NCBI GenBank assembly: GCA_038087875.1
Contig: CM075994.1
Coordinates: 2,978,001-3,042,000, forward strand
From: Malacoraja senta
Lineage: Eukaryota
Direction of reading: 5' to 3'
DNA: 64,000 nt
Part shown: one piece after another, positions 53,043 through 64,000 of the stretch
Position numbering within the stretch: the first letter of the stretch is position 1
Layout of the letters: every line of letters starts with the position of its first letter
The notes under the pieces: generated by a model
What the model saw: the letters and a program-made list of their open reading frames with translations, nothing else
Told to the model about the DNA's origin: nothing
Databases searched by the model: none
Program-made: the position numbers and the translations under genes

Positions 53043-53883
53043 GTAACTGGACTCGCAAAGAATATATAAATTGTGTAATGTGTGGATTTAGGTTATGCCG
53101 TTTGCCCTTGATTCCATTAAGTATACAATTAAATTGTAACAGCGACTGCTTGATGTATGCACATCACATGGTCGAAAACGCAGAAGTAATATAAACTGTT
53201 ATTTCATTTTGGCAATTGTATAAACATATAATTGTTGGCATATTATTTTAAAAATGTATATTCGCATTCGCACTATCCGCTTTAAGAGAATATCAAGGCC
53301 GTAAATGATTGCTAAAGACAGCTACTACCCACACACTTTACCCACCAGATTCCATCCGCCATTTGGTTACATCTGCCGTTCAATGTTCCCCTTATACTTG
53401 ACATTAACATGATATTTGTGACCCGATCATTGCCGTCCAGCAGCTACCTCTACCGTCAACATACTATTCACCTGAAATCATCCTCCACTTTTCGGCCCAA
53501 TTTGCTTCAAGATATCTCCATGCCTACATTGTTTTAAACTCCACTAGTTCCCAATCTCATCCCGTCTGCACATCATGCAGGCCCATGAATTCTTATCGCC
53601 TGCTGCCTGCGCCGCACCTCTCCCTTCTACATTTCATAATGGCTCCCACCTCTTTCCACTCTCAGGCTCGAACCAGGATTTCGGCACATTATATTGACAA
53701 TTCCATTTCCCCTGGAGATGCGGCTGGACGCATTGAGTTCCTCGGGAAATTTGTTACAGATTGCATCATTAGCAGTCTCATGTAACTCCTCGAGAAATTC
53801 TGCAATTATTTTCACTTGTAGTCTTTACTACACATATCTCCAGTTAATAGTTAGATCTAAAATGTGGGCATATTAAATTACAG

Positions 53884-53919
53884 AACTGGAAACCGTAGCC
53901 GACATTCGTAAGGACGTCG
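53884..53919 (+). CDS. Candidate 36-nt exon (E)LETVADIRKDV
   Basis: ttaaattacag|AACTGGAAACCGTAGCCGACATTCGTAAGGACGTCG|gtaaga; internal in-frame donor after 53907. Confidence 0.6.
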
Positions 53920-55426
53920 GTAAGATTAACGTCAGCTATACCATTTGGGATGAATTGGCAGCACACGTAGCAGTTATGCCATGGGTAGACTCACTAATTC
54001 AAAAAAAGCATAATGAAAATCGCAAGCTTTTGTTGATTCGGTGAGTCTATACTTGACATAACTGTCACAATGATGTTCTCAGGTTGGCCGATATTGTTGT
54101 AAACTCCATGCTAAAGTATGAGTTTTTATTCATAAAAGTAACAAAGATTTCACAGATCACGTACTGTTTTATTTATCAACTTCACGCTTTCTGCGCTCAC
54201 ACGGTTCAATTATCTCTTCTGAAATGGACTTGATTGAATTTGCTGTTCGTATATTCAGAACATTTTATTCAGCTATGGAAATACTAATAATCGCAAATAC
54301 AAACATATTTACATTTCAATGCACGATATATCATGGTTATTGCCTATAGACGAGACCCCAAATATTTTGCGCGTATACTAATCCATGATGAGAGGACATT
54401 ATATATCTCCCTTTTCAATTCATATTCCGCCAATCATGGCAACATCCAAACAAATGTTGGACTTTTACGTTATTTTCTTTCTTTTTAATGGGAGAGCTGA
54501 CCAAACACAACATAATCATGTTTGAATGTAACTGCAACTACATCTATCACCTCGCCTGCCGTCGTACTAACCATTTTCTGTGTCATGAACCTCAAATGTT
54601 TCGTGGTATTTCTGTCAATGGCGTGGGATCTATTTAGCTTTGCTCACAGCAATCGTGCGCAGATGATTTAGAACTTAATGCACTGATGCGAATCATTTGG
54701 GAAAAGTGAAATAAACTATGCTTCAACGTACAACTCAAATGATCAACCTACTTCCATGCAGCTCGGCGTATGGCATAATACTGATGGGTCACATGAACAT
54801 ATCGATCGGTGCTCAGTTCAGTAACTTATCGAACGGCCTTGCACTAAATAATAATTCCATGCGGAAATGATAATTGAACCGGTCTATGACCACTGTGTCG
54901 ACCATCTTGCTGGTCTACCTGCTGTTTGAGAAGTAATGAATTACTTCTCAAATGAATCACCCATGAAAATGAGAAGAGAGCTTTTTCTATTCCTTCTATG
55001 TTGTCTGAAATGCGTGCCATAAGATTTTGCGACACCAGTGTGGTTAGCCGTGACGAGTGCAGATATTTTTTTCCTACAAACTAAAAGCAGCATGAATACT
55101 TTAAGATTTTGAAGGCTTTATTTAAAAAAACAATCTGTTTACACTTTTACTCTTGCACTTTAATGCACATCTCTTAAATACATGTTGTCCCAGATGACAT
55201 TTGACCCGTCCTTGTCGGTCGTGACCGAATTTTCTCCTCCTTCTATACCTTTCAATTTCATGTTGCTTTCATCAGTCATCAAGTTATTTATTTTGAACCT
55301 TATCATCAGAGACCCAAAACCTTCCGAAATGCTAATTTATTTTCGTTTCGATAAATGTCTATTTGTTCTCCGTTTGTGCACTACCTCTGCTTATGTTGAT
55401 ATAATGTCACAGTTTAATTCTGAAAG

Positions 55427-55453
55427 CTTATCTCTCTTCACTGCGAATTCACT
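55427..55453 (+). CDS. Candidate 27-nt micro-exon (A)YLSSLRIH
   Basis: taattctgaaag|CTTATCTCTCTTCACTGCGAATTCACT|gtaagt. Confidence 0.45.
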
Positions 55454-56047
55454 GTAAGTGTAACCATTTTGCAGAAGTCCTAAAGTGCCGAAGGATCTCA
55501 TCGGGGAGGCAACGGCTGCGGATGGAACGAATATGCGACGTTTCCAGTTCGAGAATATCTGCAGGCGATTGGAATGGTGAGGGGAGGGGGAATGGTGAGC
55601 TAGCGCTTCCAATCTTTCCACTGTCTAATGGTGATTTATGACTTTATATAGCTATATCATTCCTCAACCTTCAATATATGTTGTCCGTTTCTCAATCGTT
55701 TGTTTCCATCTCCTCGCCAAGTCTCATGAAACCATTTTGTCACGTGTCAGCAAGTCCTTATAAATGAAAATGTATCTTGCTTCATGTTTTCTAAGCAAAA
55801 GGAAACGTTAGCAACATATTTGACCAATCTAGATGTTTAACATAATGCTTAGTTTATCGTTGCGTATCAGTGGACACCGGTGGGCAATTGCACGAATCAA
55901 ACTATGCAACCCACACAGACATATGTATGCTTTTCAGAATGAAATGTCTCGTTTGGGGAGGAATAGGAAGTGTGCATCACATAATTTCATTGCATATTTC
56001 TCGATATTTTCTTAATATTTTCTTAAATTGTGCGCTTTATTTGGCAG

Positions 56048-56074
56048 AACAAATATTCTATATAAAAGAAGAAG
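56048..56074 (+). CDS. Candidate 27-nt micro-exon (E)QIFYIKEE
   Basis: tttatttggcag|AACAAATATTCTATATAAAAGAAGAAG|gtaaaa. Confidence 0.6.
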
Positions 56075-56189
56075 GTAAAATAAGTGAGGATATCTCATTG
56101 ATTTCCTCTATGGACCAACAAAAATGCATGCCGAACCATCTAGCTGCATAGAACTAAACGTTCATCATGTTATCTGCAGGTTTGCGTTG

Positions 56190-57212
56190 TACATCTATTG
56201 CGAAAAAACGGTATAAGATAGCGCTAAAATGTTTGGCCCAACTTACTCACCCTTGTCATGTGCTGTAAATGAATCAAGTTTTGTTCACATCGATGCTATA
56301 TTTTAAAATTTAGTAACGTTTAAAAAACGAACTCAAAGCAACGCTTATAGGGTAGAGTTCCCGTGCGCGTCTTCACTATCTTCGCACATGGCACCCAACA
56401 GGTCCTCAGCAGCGCCTGCGTAGTTGGGGGCTTTCCAGAATTCAGATCGTAATATATTTTTCACAACGGCGACACGGGTAAGACTATTTCCTTTTTAAAT
56501 TCTGCCGCCCCGGGCCCGCGGGGATCCGCTGCCTTGGCGCTGAGGCTGGGGATGCGTCTGCGGGCGGCCTGCTCCGGGGTGGGGAGAGGCCACGCCGACG
56601 ATCCGGGGATTGGGCCCTGAGGCTGGCTCTGATGCCGACATCTGCTGCTGCTGCTCCGGGCCCGCGCGTCGAGCTGAGGCGCGCCGAGGATCCGAGGCTC
56701 GGGCGCTTGGCGTGGAACTGATGTCGACGGCTGCTGCTGCATCGGGCACGCAATGAGGGAGACCAGCGGGCACTCGACATCCTGGGGAGGTGGGGGGGCA
56801 GAGTGGGGGATTGATGTTGAGGAGGGGGTAGGGAGGGAGAGGGGGGAAATTGGGGTTGAGGAGGGATAGTGGCGGAGGTGGGGGAATAGAGGGAGAGGAG
56901 GGCAGTGGGGAGGAGGTGGGATATTGGGGGGGGGTCGTGGGAGGTGAGGAGTGGGGTATTGTGGGGCACTAAGGGGCAGGGACGGGAGAGGAGTTAAGGA
57001 TGGAGGGAGTGAGTGACTGAGGTTAGGAGAAAGGAGAGGGAAGGAGAGGTGAGCGCGAAAAATGAGTCGCGCCTGCGCAGGGGGGAACTATTTCTGAGTG
57101 GTGGAATATTGCTTAGGGTGAAAGGGTCGCGTTGCGGGAACGGGTGGATAATTGCGACGGTGAACTGGTTGCGTTGGTGGACCAAGGGGCCAGCGGGTCC
57201 CACTTATTCTAC
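56190..57212 (+). mobile_element. Helitron-like non-autonomous element with GC-rich/G-rich interior
   Basis: 3' end ggaatatt...ttgcgttggtggacca...gggtcccacttattctac resembles the other Helitron 3' ends. Confidence 0.5.
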
Positions 57213-57647
57213 TGTATAATAATGATGACGTAGCAATTCGATATATGGGGAGGGAGTACCATGCACCGGACGCAATGGCATTATCAGTTTTATTTAATTG
57301 ATAACTTAACTGGTAATTTATATGACATATTACTCTGATAGTTAACTTGAAGCATGTCATATCATTGCACATTTCATATCGGGAAATATTGGCAAAATGA
57401 TTTGAAATGTGTATGTATGGCAGTTCTGGGGAGCACTCCTTCATAACGTAGAATGCCTGATCCACGCATAGGAACTATCGGATGTGAGTTGTGTAGTTCT
57501 ACGTGACATATGAGATATTTACAGGTACAGTAGAGACTCATACGGAACGGAAGCAGGGTCTCCTGTGCAATCAGCATTGGCACTCCGATGACCCAAGCAA
57601 ACTAGTCATGTTTGCCTAAATTTGGTCCCTATCTCTATACAACTTCC

Positions 57648-60260
57648 TGATTCGTGTGGTACACGGTCGTGGCGTCGAAGGTCGAGAAGCCGAAGCAAAG
57701 AAGTGGAAGCCAAATAACCGAATGAAAACGAAGCCTACACGCCAAATAACCGAAAGCGTACGAAGGCGAAACGTCAACTAACCGAAAGGGTGAGACGCCT
57801 AAAAGCAAAATAAGCGAAAGGGCGGGACGCTCAACAGCCATATAACCGAAAGGCTGCGTCGCCAAAAATGAAACTCACCGAATTGTCGCTCTGCCGAAAC
57901 GCCACCTTCCAGAAAGGCTGCTCGCCTACAATCAACGAACCGTGTGCCGCTCAACAGAAAATTCAACTAACGGTCATGACGTTACCGGGGGGCGGGACTT
58001 GTAATGGATTGGCCCAGACCCCCGCGTCCATCACATCACTGGCCGGTGGGGACGGGAGGGTGGGGGTCATTTTCCCACACAAGCCATAGGTGACTGGGCA
58101 ATTTGAACCCAAGCACCAAGTTGTAAGCGGCCGAAGGTGCGCATCCCTCGAGACAGCCCATACTCTCCCACGGCCACGGCCGCCCTACGCCTCAGTTCCG
58201 CCGTGCGGCCGCACTGTGACGGGCTGTGAGTCGGGTGGAGCGGAGGTGTGGGGCAGGCTGGTCCCTCCGCCCATCAGATTCACTGACCGCGATACACCGC
58301 AATCGGGCCCATACACCCACACCAGGTTGATTCCCCCCTCCCCTCCGACCCGCGGACCCTGACACCCACACCTGGTGATTCACCCCCACGCCGGCCGCGG
58401 GGACAGACGTCTCATGGCATAGTTAATCGCTTTTAAACATGGGGGGACACATTCCCTGGCGGGACAGTGACAAATGTACATCACAACGAACAATTTGAAT
58501 TCCGCTCACTCCCCACCCCCTTGACAACAAGAAGCATGTTTAATTATTACCGACTGGTTGCCTGCGGAACGCAAACGAGCTCCGCAGGCAAGGCAACGCA
58601 ACGGACACAAAAAGCTTTAGTAACTCAGCAGAACAGGCAGCATCTGGTGAGAAGGAATGGGTGGCGTTTCGGGTCGAGACTATTCTACAGACCTGAATAC
58701 TAGGTCTGAAGAGTCTCGACCCGAAACGTCACCCATTCCTTCTCTCCAGAGATGCTGTGGGAAGGGCTTACGACAGCTGGTTTTAAAGGACAGCATCTAC
58801 CAACAATGTAGGCACTATGAAACCAGCTGCCCCAACACCTTCCCACAGGACGGGGTTTTAACTCGGTATTAAACATAACAAATGAGTTACATTGATTTAT
58901 ACACAAAAATGTTACATGTATAAATAGTTCTTACATTCGGGAACCTGGTTAATTCAGTGGTGTGATTATTTGCCTGGCCTTTGATTTAGCCGGTGGTCAC
59001 ATCCATTCCATCCCTCCCTCGCAAAAATGTGATATTCCATCAAGGGCAAGCATGGTTGAATGGATGCATGCGGCATGTAAAGCGTCTCTTCCATGCGCGC
59101 AATACATGAACCCGACGAAATGAGACAACTGTCACACCAAAGATGGACCCAAAATGCTGGAATGACTCAGTGGGACAGGCAGCATCTCTGGAGAGAAGGA
59201 ATGGGTGGCGTTTCTGGTCGAGAATTTTCTGACCTAGTCATCAGGTCTGAAGAATGGTCTCGACCCGAAACGACGAAACGTCACCCATTCCTTCACTCCA
59301 GAGATGCTGCCTGTTCCGCTGAGATACTCCAGCTTTTTGTGTCTATATCTGTTAAAACAGTTTAACTATTATCTCGTGTTTTTGTGCGTGCGAGCTCGTA
59401 TGCGTTTCGCATGCAACCAGACGGTAATACATAACACGTGCTTCTTGTTGTTAAGGGGGGAAGTGGGAGGAGATAAAATTGTTCGTTGTCATGCACACTT
59501 GTCATCGGCCCACCAGGGAATGGGCTTGTCCCCCCATGTTTTAAAAGCGATTTACTATGACCCGAGCCGTCTGTCCCCGCGGCCGGGGTGGGGGTCATTC
59601 ACCCGGAGTCGGTGTCACAGTCCGCGGGTCGGAGGGGGGGGGGCGATCACCCTGGTGTGAGCGTTGGGGTCCGATGGTGGTGCATCGCGGTCAGTGACTC
59701 TGAGTGGGCGGAGGGTCCAGCCTATCCCACACCTCCGCTCCACCCGAGCCACATCTCGTCACAGTGCGGCCGCACGGGTGAGACGAGGCGGAGGGCGGCC
59801 GTAGCGGTGGGAGAGTGGGGGCTGTTCCGAGAGATGCGCAGCTTCGGCCACTTACAACTTGGTGCTTGGGTCAGATTGCCCAGTCACCTATGGCTTGTGA
59901 GGGAAAATGACCCTCACCCTCCCATCTCCACCGGCCAGTGATGTGATGGACACGGGGGTCTGGGCCAATAGCTGACAAGTCCCGACCTCGGCAACGGCAT
60001 GTCCGTAATTTGACTTTCTGTTGAGCGGCATTCGGTTCGTTGACTTGTAGGCGGCGCAACCTTCCGGGAAGGTGGCGTTGCGGCAGAGCGGCCATTCGCT
60101 GAGTTTGCTTTTAGGCGACGTAGCCTTTCGATTAGTTGGCTTTTAGGCGTCCCGCCCTTTCGGTTATTTGGCGTTTCGGCTTCGTTTCCATTCGGTTATT
60201 TGGCTTCCACTTCTTTGCTTTGGCCTCTCGTCCTTCGACGCCACGCCCGCACAAGAATCC
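57648..60260. mobile_element. Foldback-like element with ~900-bp imperfect inverted arms
   Basis: 57666-58585 is the reverse complement of ~59385-60248; subterminal gccaaataaccgaa repeats. Confidence 0.75.
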
Positions 60261-60261
60261 G

Positions 60262-60760
60262 CATACCTGTCCAAATATGTATCGGTCGCAACGACTTCAT
60301 CTGGATGTTAGTTTCATATGCTCGCCACCTTAAATGAGAACAAGTTGTCCCTCGGGTTCCTAATACATGTTTCCTTTATCACCTCAAACTTATGAACTCT
60401 AATTCCTAATTCCCCAACTCTCGTAAAAATACTGTGAGTATGAACAAAAAGTATTCTTCTCATTAATGTATACACCTCCAACTGATCATCTTTTAGCCTC
60501 CTGCACTCCAATGAATAAATATGTGGTCTGCCAAACCGCCCTCGATGGCTCAAGCCCTCAGGTCCAGGCAGCTTCCTCGCAAATCGTCGCTGTACTCTTT
60601 CCAGCTGAATGGCAACGCCCACATCAGAGTAACCAAAACGGGCTACAACACTGCAAGCGCGGCCTCATGAACGTCTTCTACAACTACAAAATAATGCCCT
60701 AACTTCTATATTGCATTCCCTGTCAGATGAAGGCAATATGAAGGCAGATGTACTGCTTTA
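60262..60760 (-). mobile_element. Old CR1 3' fragment
   Basis: Minus-strand LERVQRRFARKLPG...YSLECRRL; continues the LINE tail interrupted at ~57650. Confidence 0.75.
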
Positions 60761-61084
60761 CAATTACACTGGTGCGGATGTAAATGATATATATGCATGT
60801 AACATAAGAATACTTGGAAAATGGAGTACTGCGTTATATTGTCACGAAAAATATGCGCATTCTGAAATGTAATCACGACCCATGGACGTCCTTTTCCCAT
60901 GGTTCATAAATTGAAGACCGAAACGAGCAATAGATGATTATTCTTGTTTGCAAATTATTCTTTATCTAATAACTCGCTGCAGGATATATATTTGACCTAT
61001 AAAATGAGTGAATTTAACCACACGTTTTATAGTATGTCACATTGTCATCGGTCAAGTTACACAACACGAACTTTAATCAATGGG

Positions 61085-61636
61085 TGTAAACCTCTACAGG
61101 TGTACAGGAGAGAGCATGCTGACCGGTTGCATCGTGGCAAGGTTCGGCAATTTGAGCGCCCAGGAGCGTAAAAGACTACAAAATGTAGTAAACACTGCCC
61201 AGTCCATCATCGGCTCTGACCTCCATACCATCGAGGGGATCTATTGTAGTCGTTGCCTCAAAAAGGCGGGCATCATCATCAAGGAACCACACCGTCCGAG
61301 CCACACACTCATCTCCCCGCTACGTTCAGGTAGAAGGTACAGGAGCCTGACGACTGCAACGTCCAGGTTCAGAAATAGCTACTTCCCCACAGCCATCAGG
61401 CTATAAAACTCACATGAAACAAATCTCTGAACATTAATAGACCATTACCTTTTTATTTGCACTTTATCTATTTATTTATTTATGTCTGTATATATTTATA
61501 TAATGGTATATGGACACATTGATATGTTCTGTTTTCATGCCTATTCTATTCTGTTGTGCTGAAGAAAAGCAAGCATTTCATTGTCCTATCTGGGACACAT
61601 GACAATAAATTGTATTGACTTGACTTGACTTGACTC
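61085..61636 (+). mobile_element. Rex1/Babar LINE 3' end
   Basis: ESMLTGCI...RLQNVVNTAQSIIG...SGRRYRSL...RFRNSYFPTAIRL; gacaataaa and (gactt)n tail. Confidence 0.85.
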
Positions 61637-61697
61637 TTGAAATGATGGTATCTCTAAATAAGTGTCGTTTGTCTCCGTCCTTATTTCGTTATTTCAG

Positions 61698-61724
61698 AGC
61701 TTAAAGATTTTCAAAAGAAGTCAG
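61698..61724 (+). CDS. Candidate 27-nt micro-exon (E)LKDFQKKS
   Basis: ttcgttatttcag|AGCTTAAAGATTTTCAAAAGAAGTCAG|gtaaat. Confidence 0.65.
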
Positions 61725-61977
61725 GTAAATAATAGGATGTTTCAGTTTAGACTTTCAGTGTGTACTTTGAAAAAATAATATAGAAACACGCCCCACAAAG
61801 TGCACTTCCTTGAAGGTGACATTATGTCAATGAAAAACTATTGATATCGTGCGATCTGGATGTAAAATAGCCACCAGCAATATGTTGCTTTTGCATCTAC
61901 ATATATAGAGTTATGGAAACATGCCTTCGGCCCAGCTTGGTCATACCGGTATAGATGCCTCTTCTACACTAGACCCA

Positions 61978-62158
61978 GTAGACAAAAATGCTGGAGAAAC
62001 TCAGCGCGTGAGGCAGCATCTATGGAGCGAAGGAAATAGTCAACATTTCGACCCGAAACGTTGCCTATTTCATTCGATCCACAGATGCTGCCTCGCCCCC
62101 TGAGTTTCTCCAGCATTTTGTCTATCTTCGATTTTCCAGCATCTGCAGTTCCTTCTTA
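61978..62158. mobile_element. Palindromic (head-to-head) Penelope-like repeat
   Basis: gacaaaaatgctggagaaactcag ... ctgagtttctccagcattttgtc inverted around ~62050. Confidence 0.7.
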
Positions 62159-62164
62159 TAGAAT

Positions 62165-62790
62165 AGTCCCAATTGCCTGCGTTTGGCCCGTATCACTCTA
62201 AACCTTTCGTATTCATGTATCTGTCCAAGTGTTTTTTAAATATAGTTATAGAACCTGCTTCAAACACGTCCTCTGGCAAATCGTTCCATATACCCACGAC
62301 CATCCGCCTGAAAAAAATGCCCCTCAGCCTCCTATTTGCTATTTCCTTCTCACCATGAACATTTGTTTCCGGCTTCTTGATTCCCCTATTCTGGGAAAAA
62401 TACTGTGGATCTTCCATATATATTCCCCGCATTATCAAACACACCTCCATAATACCATCTGTTAACATCCTACGCTTCAAGGGATAAAGTTCTGGCCTGC
62501 CCAACCTCTCCTTATATTTCAGGCCCTCAAATTCAGCCAACATACTCGTAAATCTTCACGGTACTCTTTTAATCTTAACAATATCTTTCAAATAGTATGA
62601 TGACCACACATTGGCACAATACTTCAAATTCGGCCTCGCCCACGTCGTATATAACAGCAGCATATAATCGCAACATCCATACTCAATACCCAGACTATTA
62701 AAGGAGAATATGCCGAAATCCCTCCAGAACACCTTATCTAACGGTGTTGGCACCAACAAGGCACTATGTACGTGGTGTCCTAGATACATC
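62165..62790 (-). mobile_element. Old CR1 3' fragment
   Basis: ARPNLKYCANVWS and FKKHLDRYM on the minus strand. Confidence 0.8.
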
Positions 62791-63250
62791 TACGCTGTAA
62801 AAACTCTCTGGAGCCAATGGTTAATATGTTCAATTCCCTTAATATCGTTTCAAAATATGCAGCATGTCTATATTCTGCCTCCGGCTTTCTTCTTGTGAGC
62901 GCATCTAGTAAAGGCGCTGCACAATTGGACTCGATCGTGGGCATGGTCAACTAACCCTCGAACATACATCCGGAGAGCTAATATAATGTACTCCAGATCC
63001 CAAAATCTACTGTGTCTTGTGTCTCAAACATATAAAATTTGCCAAGTTTAGCGGTAATATTAGGTCGCCGATTTTTCCTATATGTAAAAGAAAATAGCTG
63101 ACGTCGAGTCTTCGCCTCCCTTGAAAAGCTGGCACTGTTCTGTTCCATTCTGCAATGTGGCTCTAAATGGAAGAAAAACAGACGTCTACGCGTAGCGGGA
63201 AACATCACTTAGATTAGTTACATGACAGCAATAAACACAAGGATGTAAAG

Positions 63251-63274
63251 TTCACACTCCATATCCCGGAACGA
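63251..63274 (+). CDS. Candidate 24-nt micro-exon (V)HTPYPGT
   Basis: gatgtaaag|TTCACACTCCATATCCCGGAACGA|gtatgt; poor pyrimidine tract. Confidence 0.3.
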
Positions 63275-64000
63275 GTATGTAAACAATACAAGAGGACGAT
63301 TTGTACAAGTTATTAGGATTATACGTTGCGATAAGAATTAGACAACACTTAAAGTAGGGTTGTTTTTTTTACCATACCTTACATCTAGCTTCGTATGCAC
63401 GAAGATGACAATAATTAATGGGCAGTACATTTTATGTCAGTCATCCTTTCGATGACCAATTTATTGTATCAGCAGTCCTGAGACTTCCATGTCTGGACAT
63501 AGGAACAGGGGAGTTAGACACTGACTAGTCGACAAATGCATTTCGCTTACAGCCCTTCGGCCTTTACCAGATTTGTTCAATGTGACCATTGCTTTCAAGA
63601 AATAAAGTGGCGTCAAGTATTGTCCCTGATACCTATTTAATAATGTTATATTATTAATATTCCCACCGCGACCCCCTATTACCCCATTCCTCCAGTTCCC
63701 TTCTGCCTACATTCCGGTTTCCGCCCTCACGGTTTACGCATCCTCACTCCTTATTACATATTAATTTATTATCACTTCATGTACGCCTAAACCTATTGCT
63801 TCACTTTCATCTCTGGTTTTGTCCAGGCATCTGCCAAATGCCCCTTAACTAATTCTACGTATCCCTTGGTTCGGCTCTCAGCTCTCGTCCAGGCTTCTCC
63901 CCTTCTATGACCGTTCTGAAGACGAATGCATGCAAGGGATGGTGCCCAAACACCCGAGTGAAACAGGCAGTCTGTATTTTTGCTCGATATTCCAGCATAG

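Overview
Repeat-rich vertebrate genomic DNA, most likely from a cartilaginous fish (skate/ray-like). The evidence is tRNA-derived HE1/V-type SINEs, CR1 LINEs with a zinc-finger/SGNH-esterase ORF1 and (TTTCTATG)n tails, and Penelope-derived hammerhead repeats. More than half of the window is transposable-element derived: two near full-length inactivated CR1 LINEs, many CR1 fragments, L1/Tx1-like 3' ends with TSDs, Rex1/Babar fragments, non-autonomous Helitrons carrying tandem arrays, a hAT remnant and a ~2.6 kb foldback element. None of the long ORFs in the track is a convincing host gene. The main hidden signal lies in the AT-rich DNA between the repeats. From ~11.4 kb to ~63.3 kb the + strand carries about 35 candidate micro-exons with AG/GT splice sites, read by eye. 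Their lengths are multiples of 3 (19 are exactly 27 nt; others are 9, 15, 18, 21, 24, 30, 36 or 90 nt) and they are almost all open when read as phase 1-1. They encode highly diverse short peptides, punctuated by a recurring 36-nt coiled-coil-like exon, and several exon-shaped copies have dead splice sites or stop codons. This looks like the interior of a large symmetric micro-exon gene or decaying exon array whose first and last exons lie outside the window. Gene identity cannot be established from this window.
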